64,000 nucleotides of DNA from Adineta vaga (Eukaryota; Animalia; Rotifera), in the NCBI GenBank assembly GCA_021613535.1, contig CP075494.1, forward strand, positions 10,106,001 to 10,170,000. The letters are read 5' to 3'. Of the stretch, positions 1-11,900 are shown piece by piece. The notes beneath the pieces are model-generated. The model was not told the DNA's origin, did no database searches, and worked only from the letters and a program-made list of their open reading frames with translations. The position numbers were made by a program, and so were the translations under genes. Within the stretch, counting starts at the first letter, position 1. Every line of letters begins with the position of its first letter.

Positions 1-894
1 AACTTTAGAATCATATGCATTTGTACAATCGATTTCAACATGTGTTAGGATACATCGACCTAATTCTACATCTTCATGATTAGTTAAAAGTTCATTTGTA
101 TAACAATGATCAAGCCAAGGTCCTAATTGAAGTAAAGTTTGTTGAGAAAGAATAATTCCACTACCACCCATACAAAAATACTATATGAAAAGAAGATCGA
201 ATGATGATAATCTATCAAATTAAGTTCAACTTACTTTTCCCAATGGAAAATGAACAGCAGGACCATTTCGTCGGCCTGTTCCACCCTGTCCAATATAGAG
301 AGCTTGCCGATGATCAATAGATTTTAACCATGGAAGTAACTGTTGAATATTAACATATGCATTGTCATCTAAACGTAATATCCAAGATGTTCGTTGCTGA
401 TAGAATGTATGCAGAAATTTCATGGCATAGAAACTTTTCTTCTGAGGAGGATAACTATTTTCCACATGTTTTAATTTAACAATAAAAAGACAAGATTGAA
501 TATTTGAACTTAATGTTGAAAAAAGTTTGTCAAGATAATCTTCATTTCCAGACGAATTTTCTTCGACAAAAATAATGATTTCAATTTCAGCTGTTGTTGT
601 CAATGCCCAGGTTTCGAGTATAGCTGGTAAATAATCATTTAATCGTTCATAAGATGAAAGAACAGCGATAGTTAAGAAAATTTTTGATTGATCATTGTAA
701 CATGTTTGCATAGTTCGATATTGAAAATGAGAATAGAATGAACTAGTTTGGTGAATATGTGATTCGGATAGAATTGATAAACAATGCTGTCCAATAATTA
801 ATTGCCAATATGATAAACCAAAGAAAAAGCCAATACAAAATGAATAGAATATCAATAAAATACACTGTCTACGATTGAATAATAGACGCCTCAT
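1..894 (-). CDS. CHSY1: Chondroitin sulfate synthase / Fringe-like (GT31) glycosyltransferase, 5' part; continues beyond window start
   Basis: N-terminal TM anchor; YPPQKKSF and WILRLDDNAY (DxD-like) motifs, then LYIGQGG. After the intron at 181-234, exon 2 reads YFCMGGSG...HEDVELGRCI. Confidence 0.8.
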
Positions 895-1616
895 TCATTA
901 TTTCTTATAAATAGAAAAATAATAGTCTAAAAACAAAACATGTCAAGGTTCGAATTCTATACATATGCAACGAAAAACACTTCCTATGGTTTACGTTGAT
1001 TAATTCTTACACTTTATATACGACATCAAATAGATTAAAAAACTATTTTCTTTTCATATTCACACTTTCTATATGTTGAAGAAGGAAGTTTTCGGTTTAT
1101 CGTTACATATATTCGTTGAATTGCTAACAAAAAGAAAAATCGTCAAGTAAAACGAAACTAAAACATCTAATCATGTTATGATCAGTTAAATATCGAATTA
1201 CAAATATCAAACGACGATTTATATCATACCTTTGTGAAAAAGCAAGAAAAACGAACGAATTTCTTTTTCTTCTGCATAAAAGAACGAACAAGAAGAATGA
1301 TTATGATTCATTAAAGTGATTTTATCAACTGAATAATAACGTTCTTTTTCTTCTCATCAGATCAAGGTCTATTATATAAAAACAGATTGAATTCCATGTT
1401 TGTTTATATCGGATAAGAAGATCTTTTAGAATCACAGATTAACATGAGTGTCAAATCAACTAGTATTATTTGATTGGAAATAGATGGATTTTATGGAAGA
1501 AGTAAAAAAAATAAGCTAAAGAAGAAGAAAGAAACTACTCTGAAAAGAAAACGATGAAGAAAATAGTCTACAATGTCGTTGAAAGTTATTCTTGATGAAT
1601 AATGTCCATGCGATTA

Positions 1617-3039
1617 TTAATTATTATGTGTACGATGTAAGAGAAAATTAACTAATCCACGCATTGTTCGTGTTTCTTGTTCTAGATGTGGTGCCCATGC
1701 ACGACAAGTTACACTAACAAGACGGTTCAATGGTAATTTTTTGAATTGAACAAGTACAAATGGTTGAACATGACCTAGTGCATTTCTATGAAGGAAATCC
1801 AAACGAAGTTTTTTAGACGAAATTTTGTTTTCTTTTCTAAAACATTACCGATATGGAAAGAAATGATTTGGTATTGTACCATATGATTTCGAACCATTTG
1901 GATCACCCATTGAATAATACACAACATCCGAAAGAATATCTTTATCAGCAGGATGCTAAGTTTTTTAAATAAATAGTTCCTACTTTTGTTTAATCAAATC
2001 GATTTTCAATCAACATACCGATCCTTCACATGTTATATAAACATCAGGATTTGTAACAACTCGATCATGATTTATACCTTGAAGATTTATAATTTCTTTC
2101 GGTAAGTGACCGGCTGTTGGCGTCCATCCATAAACCTTCGAAAGTTTGTTTTTTTCTTTGTAATAAAAAGTCATATTAAATTGCTTACTTTATTTAATTT
2201 AACTAAAACACATGGTTGTTCTTGTTTAAAGCCGTAGAGATTTCTTGCTGAACATGGATGATCTTCTGTTTTGACAATATCACTCCAATCAAATTCACAA
2301 GCAACACCTAGTGGTAATTCATGTGAGGGATTATCGGCTGAACAAACTTCTGTTTTTGCTTCATTGTTTTGAGTTAAATAAACTATAAGAAAACATAAGT
2401 CAGTTTTATAAGATAAATTACAGAAAAAAGATTTTACTATACTTTGACGATATAATCCAAGTGATGAAGCAATTTGCTTTTGTTGTTCGGGATCATTTGT
2501 AACTCGAATAAGATTATCATTAACATTTGGTTGAGGTCGAAAACCTAATCCGACTATAAACAAAATGAAAGAATATCAAAAATTAAAAAGAAGAAAACGT
2601 TTTGATTGTATTTTTAACAAACCAACAGTGGCTGTTGTTCGTACAGCCATTGTACTTTCTGCATTGGTATATCTTGGCTCATTTGAATCAGTAAAAAGAG
2701 CAAAAAGATAAAGTAACCCAACGAAAAAGCTTCCCAAACATAGGAAAAATATTGAATAAAACAATGCCAATTTTGCTACAAAAGGTCAAAGAATAGAATA
2801 TTTCTAGTTAAATATTGTTTATAATTACCCCAATTGAGTGAACTACGACCAAGAACTGTCTTTTGCCGTGGATTGTAAATAAAATTTCCTAACGATTGCA
2901 TTACATTCTTCTTCTTTTTTGGTGGAACAGTTGTTTTTACTGCCGATACTTTAGCTGGATTTGTCGTCGCAGAAGCATTGGTCGGAGCGACAGTTATATC
3001 TGTCGATGAATGTTGTTTTTCAATCCCTTTCTCACTCAT
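1617..3039 (-). CDS. Na+/K+-ATPase beta subunit (multi-exon)
   Basis: FIYNPRQKTVLGRSSLNW, TM segment LFYSIFFLCLGSFF, GLGFRPQP, YGFKQEQPCVLVKLNK, VYGWTP and QPFVLVQF...VTCRAWA, spread over 6-7 short exons. Confidence 0.93.
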
Positions 3040-4061
3040 TTTTATTCTATTCAAACAAAAAGTACAAAATAAGTAATAATCTACTACAGAAGAAGAAAAA
3101 AATCGACACTCACCTTTACTTATTTCCTAGATAGAAAATGTAAATGAAATGATGACATCGTTCGAGTCAACGCAAGCTTTTTCAAGCGGAACTAAAATCA
3201 TATATATGTTTACACGTCGAGGTATATAGAAAAAGTGACAGAGAGTATAAGAAGAGCCTCTGATTGTTTTTTTTACACAGGTAAAAAAGAAACGAATATA
3301 ACCACGTGGTCGTAATCAATCTATCATTAAAAATTAAAACACATCATTAGTATATGGAATATAGACACTAACGATGATTGGTAAATTTGATAATATATGT
3401 TGATTTATACTTCATATTTAGTCAAGAATTGTATTTGTAGATTATCATATTAAAATATTTTCTTTGTCATTATTGTTTCTGAATTGAATATTGCAGAAAA
3501 TCGATTGTATATCTACTTAACATATTGTAATTCTAGGAATCATCTGCATTTCAATACTATGATGAACTGAATTCGAATCTCCATCTATCAAATATGAATA
3601 TCTTTTGTGAATCTAAAATGATTCAGCCAGTTAAAGATGTGAATTTGTTAACAAAATATAAACTATTCGTAACATGGATTACTATCCTCTTTTGATCGTT
3701 AATAAACTAATTATCTTTTTAAAATCTAAAAATAGCTGAGCATATTGAAGTGTATATTTAGTCAATGATCAAAGTCTATCTTCTTTACAAATGACAATCT
3801 AATGTTACACTTTCCTAATAGTGGGTGGAGAGAAATTCCATTTGAATTCATTGAACGGAGGCGTTACTTTCAGTCGGAGGATGTTTTATCAAAAGAAAGT
3901 GCTCTATAGACTTGATTGATGATGAAAATCTAACGCATAGAAAACGACCGCTCGATTTTAGACAGTCGCCTGAGGTAAGACGACTAAAATGAATAAGAAC
4001 CGAAACAAAGAGACAAAACTCTTCTCATTTTTACGAACTGCAACATACAGACAAGATAATC

Positions 4062-4451
4062 ATGTTTCATCATTGCTTATTCTTCTCATTATTTCTTTCA
4101 ACAATTATTTTCCAAATTTCATTTATTCATTGTACAAATAATCATGTTTCTCAAGAACAGGATGGTTATGAACGTACACAAATGACTCTTTTATATTTAA
4201 TTAAAAATCTTCTCGACGAATCCAATCCATACGAACAAACAACAATACTCAATCAATTACGTGAACATCTTAATCATATGTGTACTGAAGGATATTTAGG
4301 GCCACTACGTACACATGCATGTCAACATATTGTTGATATTGTTCAACATTATGAACAATTGAATAATGAAGAGACCAATAATGAACAACATAGTGTACAA
4401 AAACGCTTCTTTTGCAATGGGTTTATTGGATGTAAGAATGCTGGTCGATGA
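4062..4451 (+). CDS. Neuropeptide precursor, CCAP-like (predicted FFCNGFIGCKNA-amide)
   Basis: Signal peptide, then a C-terminal KR cleavage site followed by FFCNGFIGCKNA-G-R-stop. The C-x5-C ring matches CCAP PFCNAFTGC. Confidence 0.85.
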   Translation: MFHHCLFFSLFLSTIIFQISFIHCTNNHVSQEQDGYERTQMTLLYLIKNLLDESNPYEQTTILNQLREHLNHMCTEGYLGPLRTHACQHIVDIVQHYEQLNNEETNNEQHSVQKRFFCNGFIGCKNAGR

Positions 4452-5218
4452 CTATCAACGGAAGATAAACATGAGGAAATAATAACTCCTCATAAACGAA
4501 CAAGACAATATATAATTAGAATTTAAAAGAAAAAGAAAACAAAGATTTATTTCATTTGTAATAAATTCGGAAAAATAAAATATATCAGATGGTGTTTTCT
4601 AGTTATTTGATCCATTCATTCATTCATTCATTACAAGAGAATTTCATATGAAGAATTGTATTCGATTGTGAAAATTTCTTTTCTTTCTCCTCTTCATTTC
4701 TATAGACTTTTTATTCATCAGAGAAAAATACACAAGAAGAGCAAAAAAACCAACCAACCAAACAAACAAACAAACAAACAAACAAGAAAAAAGAGACAAT
4801 GAAAACTGGACAATGTAGCAGAAATTCAATCACTGCTCAGAATCGAATAGAATTTTGTCGAATGTATATATATATGTATGTATAGAAATTTGTACGCGTC
4901 CTCTCCTTAGTTTTCGTTTGTAAACATACAGCAGACAACAACAAAAAGAAAATATGACAAAACAACAGAAAATAGTGACGAGAATAGTAAATGAACGAAC
5001 AAATGTCTTGAATAAAACAAAAAAGAAAAAGAGAAAAAACGAAAGAAGAAAACAAATGAACACATAGGTGCTTTGCCCAGAGGCATAAAGACAAAAAAAA
5101 TACCATGATCATCTTTTTTTCTCGAAAATGCGACTTCTTTTTCTGTCTTCATTTATTTGAATCAAAAAAAATGCACAAGAGAAGTATATATATTTATAAA
5201 GAGAATGAACTTGAATAA

Positions 5219-7737
5219 CTATTGGGTCAATGCAGAAATTGTGCTGTCTGATGAGGGAATATCACCCGATGAAGAATTTGATCGAGTCGATTTATCATCA
5301 TGTTCATCTTTTTCATCATCATGATTATTGTTTACAAATGGCTAAAAAGAAAAGAAAAGAATATGAATTTTGCTAGAGAGAAATTCATGCGCAATAATTT
5401 AATTATTTTTCTTTCCTTTAGTGGAATAAGTTCAAACTAATTGTGAGTTTACAAAGCGTACAAAGTATTAACTAATGAATAGATAAGATATATAATAATA
5501 AAGAGTAGAAGTACCGCATTGTTGGTGTCAACTTTTTTTGAAAGAGATAGTTTTCTTTTGATATTATAGTTTCGTTTAGTTGTCCCTGGGAAAGAAAAAA
5601 TTCGGTTAAATTACCCCGCTGGCGGAATTGTTTGTTGGATTTATTCCTTTCACCAAAGAATCATATGTTGTTTCGAAAACTGAACGTCTAGAGAAAAAAA
5701 AAGAAAAGAATGGAATTTTTCATAGATTGATCCTTTGAACAAATGTATTTTACTTTGATATAAATCCACCGCCTACTGGAAGTGCTTCACGAACTGATGA
5801 TAGTTCATTGAGAGATGTCACGACTTGTTGCCAAACTGTATTTGCATCCAAAGCTGCTTTATTTGGATAACGGCCACAAATTTCTAACAAAGAAATCAAT
5901 TTTCTCAATTAAATACAATAGACTCTTTTATAATCCAAAGATCTATTTTTAGAATTAATTACAGCAGATAAAAATTTATATAAAAGCCGCTTGAACTCAT
6001 ATAAAACCGGAGTATATTTTTTAGCTATATCAAGCTGCTTTTCTTTCCTATTCCTTGTAGAGAATTTTCAAAAGAAGCGGAAGGTAAAAGTCACGTTCCA
6101 TATTATGAAAGATTCAAAGTAAATCTATATATGAAATGATTATCTTACCGGCTGTTTTCTTTCGAATTTCATGATTAAGAGCTTCATCTTTCGCTTTAAA
6201 TTCAGGATTTGGTTTTGGTGCATTTTTAAATGCAATGATAATCAAACTCATATTATCTTTACTACCCTAAAAAAACAAACATTCTTTGACATATTGAAAT
6301 CAAATGACAAAAAAAACAATACAAACTTTATATAAACACATATCAAGTACTGTATTGGCTATTTCACAAAGATCATCTGTTACACGCATTCGACCAAGAA
6401 TATAAGTAGCTAATTCTTCATTAGTTAGAACATCCCATATTCCATCACAAGCAAGAACAGCACATGCAATCTGTTCATCTGCTTTTGTTGAACACGTATG
6501 ATAAGTTATTTCCGGTTCTGGTGAAACTAATTGTTGATCTGGACGACGATTGCAATTATTTTTATATTCAAAATCTCCAAGAGCACGAGATACAGCTAAT
6601 GAACCATTGACTCGTTGAATAAGTACAGTACCACCGGCTTCTTGGATTCGTTGACGTTCAGCTTGATCATCTAGAATTGTTATGTTTTTTTGTAATCATG
6701 AACAGAAAATTAAATTTGTAAAAGAAAAGATTTACTTGGCTTATGATCTTTCGTAGCAAGTAAGATTCGACCTTCAGTCGAAACAAGAATTGCTCGTGAA
6801 TCACCGACATTCAGGAAATAAATTCGTTCCGCATCAATTAAACATGATATAGCTGTTGAACCACTCTTATCATCTATGAATAAATTTCAAATTAGAAACT
6901 TTCTGTTTTACATCTTCTCTTATCTTTTGCTTTTACCTGGATTAGCATTACGATTTTCTTCTCTCCATTCATTATCAAATTTAAAATAGGCATCTTTAAT
7001 AGCCATTTCCAATTTATTAAAATCAAGTTGAGATGATGAAATCGTTGAAAGACATTTTAAATTTGCATTGTCTTGTACTAGACTATTCAATGAGGAAACA
7101 ATACGTAAATGAAGTTTTTCTGCTGATTTGTTTGCAGTACGAAATCCTGCATGACCATCGAATATACCAAAATAAGACCATTGTGACCAACGAGTATCAT
7201 CTAATTTAAGAACTGTAGTATGTGCATCTTCCATATCAACACTAGAAGAAAAGAAGAAAAAAAAGGGTTAAAGAGTCAAAGAAAAGAAATTGATTCTTAC
7301 CGCCATCCTTGCATTGATCCGAGACCATATCGAAGATCATCATTGTTTCCACTAGTGTTGTGTTTTTCAGTTTTAGGTTTTTCCAAGAACTGACCCATGA
7401 ATCTATAGAATACGAAATGAATATTTTTCTGTTGATTATTTTGGCGATGATTAATAAAAACAAAATCGATGAGTAATATGACAATGAATTACTAATAGTA
7501 GTTGACCTACCCGTATCTAGAAGAAGGTGATTGATATGTATCTCCTGTATTTGTCGGAGTAAAATTAAAAAACTTTCGAAATCGTGTCCAACTATCTTCA
7601 TTTGATGATACACAATTTGATCGATCACGTGTGGAACTCGATGAATCACTTTTTCCAAAAAATGTTTCAAACCACCACGATGATCCTGATGACGTATAAT
7701 TTTTCTCAGTAGATGATGATGATGTGTGATCCGACAT
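5219..7737 (-). CDS. PPM1A: Protein phosphatase 2C (PPM1A/B family), multi-exon
   Basis: [12 protein letters not shown] at 7398, [61 protein letters not shown] and GSKDNMS. An in-frame upstream exon lies at 7737-7511; the stop is at 5219-5221. Confidence 0.92.
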
Positions 7738-8907
7738 GGGCTTTTTTTCTCCTCTTCTTTATCTCACGAGTAGTCGAAATGCACGTTTCGTTTCTTTTTC
7801 TCAATCCTTTGTATATACATAGAAAAGAATTCTGTACTATTTACTATGATTATATTCTTTTCGTTTTCGAAAGACATGATAAAAAGAAAAATAACAAAAC
7901 GAAAGAGAACAAAAACTACTAAAATAACTGGATATGAGAATTAAAAGTACACACCTGTTTGTTTATTGTCACAAGACACTCACACGCACACACGAGTTTA
8001 AAAGTATCAAATAAGAATTGCTTGATTTAATCGTGATCGATGGGTATTCTAAAAGAATTGTATATTTGGTTTTTTTTCTCTTAAAATGATATCACCATCT
8101 TACTTCGAAGAAGAAGGAGAAAAAGAGAACATTCGTTGATAAACAATTTTGCAAAAAAAAGTTCAATTCTAAAATAGTTTAAAAAAAAAAGACAAACAAA
8201 TTATCTTTAATTGATTTGCAGAAAAGAACTTTCGTAATGATTAGATTCATTTATTTCTCCTTCAAGGGACGTTTGTGTCACTGAGAGGTGACAATAAAAA
8301 GAAACTAGAAAGAAAAGCTTTACTTTAACCAGTGAACTGCAAAACACTTTTCACTAATAGATATGAATAGAAAAACGATGACGAGACGTGTTCAAAAATG
8401 ATTTCTTTTTTCTTTTCTTGTTTCTTTTCTCTATATTTGACCGTCATCATCACCATTGACAATGCATATTTGTTCTCTATTTTGACGGGCTTAATTTTGA
8501 TTGGTAGATATATTAATCAATATAACGTGATAATAGATGTCGAGGTAATCATCATCGTTCTCTGTTCTCTCATCATCTGATGATTTTTCTTTATTTTTTT
8601 CATGTTCTCTTATCGATTGGTTTTCTTTTCCTTTTTTTTTTCGTTTCTTTTCTTTCTGAATAACTGATGTGAATTAAGTCAACATTCGAGTACGAAAAAG
8701 AAAAAAAAAAGAATCCAGGTGATAAGAATAGGTTTCTTTTATGGAAATGAATGTTTTCATTTAAATATTTTTCAATTAAAATATTTGATAGAGATCTTAA
8801 GATCAAATTCCACCTGAGATTGTTTATTAACAAAAACGAAACATATTGACAGATTATTTACGATAGATATTCACTTTCTCACTATTGTTTCTTTCAGATA
8901 TTGATCA

Positions 8908-11900
8908 ATGGGTCCATTAAAAGTCGTTCTTTTAACAGACTCGGATTCATTGAAACCTGATACAAATCTTCCATATAAATATTATGGACAGAAATTATGG
9001 GAAACAATTCGAACAGTTGTTGATGAACTTAAATATCGATGTGAATCCGTTGAATTACATAAACTTGACTTTCAAGAACATGAATCTGTTAATAAATTTC
9101 TCAATGCTGATATTGTTATTATGGTAATTCTCAACGAACAAAAACAAACAAACATAAATTTTGTTCTCTAGGATGTTACAAATCAAAATCGACGTCCAAC
9201 ATTTATGTATCATAAAGGCAATCGAGAAAGTATGGATTGTATGGATGATATTGTGTTAATTCAAGCCAGTGGAGTTGAAAATGATAATGCTATTCAAGAT
9301 CTTAAAGTAAAGATTTTTATGTAGGATTGAAGTTGATTCGAATATGTCTTTTCTTTCTGCGTAGACAACATGTAAAATAAAACGATTGATTGTTTATCGT
9401 TATGATGATAGCAAAGATGTATTTTATGATACAACACAACCAGCCAATCCTTTTCCATTATTGAGTACTAATTTAAAATGTTTTCTTAAACGTGCTGCTG
9501 ATAGTATTCAGTATGTTAATAATCGTTGAAATTAATTTAATTTTTCTATATTTCTCTCTGTAGAAAAGGACTTGCTGATCGATATATATCTCGGATGAAT
9601 ACACGAAAAATCGAAGCACAAGATGACAATACTTATCGTGATGTATATTTCTCTTCTATTGAATCTTTTCATTATATTACACGTAATTTCTTTTCTGATA
9701 GTTTTTATGGAATGATATATGTGAAGAAATCTTGAATGAAACCAATCAAGAATGTGTTACACCAAAACTGATTACTAAATTAATGTATGCTTTTCGCGAT
9801 ATTCAAGTAAGATTTTTGTTTATTGAATTTACTAACTTTACATAAACGAGAATGGATTTATTACGATTGAAGGACTATGAATCAATGATAAAATTAAATC
9901 AACGTTGTGAACAATTGGGAGGAATTGCTAAAAAAATAAAGAATAATATGATGATCTCGTATTTAACTGCGTTTGCCCATAGTCGGTAAAGTTATTCTTT
10001 TGTGTTGTTGAAAATCTTCTTCTAACTGATTATATGATTGAATAGACGAAATCAACCCGGTGATCGTGATGAAGCTTTAAATATTCTTGAACGTTTATGT
10101 CAAACGAAAAAAACTGAAAGTGAATTGTCCAATGATATTCTTTGCTTATGTGGAAGAATTTATAAAGATAAATTTACCGAATCATCATGTACAGATCAAG
10201 AATCATTGGAAAAAGCAATTGAATGGTATAGACGAGGTTTTGCAGCTGATCCAAACATTTAGTAAGAGAAAAAATGTTTACTTTACCTTCGAGCATTTAT
10301 TTCCATAAAAAAACTGCTATGATTTAGTGCCGGAATTAATTTACTCTTTCTATTGGCAATTAAAATAGAAGATTTGAAGGATAATAATGAAGCATATAGA
10401 ATCAGTAAGTTATTTGAATTTATGTATTTTTCTTTTGTGGCAAAAATATAAATGCTAGATTCAATTACAGAATGATAGTTAGAAGATTCTTCATTGTTCG
10501 ATATAAGGAAAATGAGATTGTCTAGTATGCCGGAAGAACAAGCAACACCAAATACACTCGTATACAAAGAGACGGTGTAAGTTTTGTTAATCACCGGAAT
10601 TCCGCACATGATCGGAACTCCATTTATGTCGTAAAAATGTCTTAGACTCAATGATAGACAATTTCCGGAATGTTCAGAGCGAGAAAATGTTGTTGCAGAT
10701 CAATAGTTGACATTTAGAGTCAAAATATACTTGCATCGATGAATATTTTTGTTTCTGTGAATAATGAGCATTCATAGACAAGAAAAAAGAATAACTAACA
10801 GATATAACGTTTTGTCATGAACTCAATAATGTCCATGAAAAGTGTCGATCATCATACGATTTCCCAAGTCAAAGAAAAGGCATGACCATGCACGGCTATT
10901 TCATTAACAATAACTTTGGCGAGACATTTCTATATTAATATGAAGATTTTGAGTGTACGAAACATCGGAAGAACCACATGAGTATTGATCTTATTGAAAT
11001 GATAAGGTATTCATTGAAAATGCCATACAATAAACTGGCAATAACCATATCTTCGACCTTTTCCAACAGATAAAACTAATTCGTGTTGCATCGTTTCACA
11101 TCTTAATGATACTGTTATTTTTCATAAATGAACATTTTCTCCTTTTTAGTTATTCAATTAAATGCATTACTCGGTAAAAAAGGTCGTTCACTTCGAGATT
11201 TAACGGATTATTGGGATGTTGCAGTTTATTTTGAACTTCATGCTGTTCAACGTGATTGGTCAAAAGCTTGTCTAGCTGCATTACATATGTATTTATTAAA
11301 TCCTCCTATATGGTATTTAAAATCCACAATCAATAATTTAAAAATTCTTCATCAAGCAACACGTATGCGTGATAAAGAAAAACTTCGTGAACAATCTTCT
11401 ACAACAAGTGATGATGAAACTGTTTATAGTTTCTGGATAGATTTTTTCAGTGATGCAATTAATTCAAATTCTACAACAACGGTAGAACGAGAATTGCCCG
11501 CACAAGTACCTGTAAGTTTTTTTTCCATTCATTGCAATGATGATTCTAATTGAATGTTGTTTTAAACAAAATAAAAAAAAACAGATTCTTGTTTGTGATA
11601 ATTATGAAAAACACGATGGAACAACATTGAAAAATGTCTATGTTGAATCACATTTACAATTAAATTTTCATACGGGTAGTGAACCGGAAACACTGGTAAT
11701 CTATACATTGACAAGTCAAAAATCAACACAAACAGATGTACTCGTAAAAACTATTAATATGGATTCTATACGATCAATTATGTATGTTGAATATTGTTTC
11801 ATTTTTTGTCGTGATACGAAGTTTTTCTGATTTGTAGAAATGTTAAGCGTGATAATCGTTCAGTTTTTCTTTATGCATATGAGAATTCTGAAGCATTTCT

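Noticed and set aside
4644-5152. Several Phe-rich minus-strand ORFs
   Set aside because: Low-complexity A-rich 3'UTR sequence of PP2C with (CAAA)n tracts; not coding-like.
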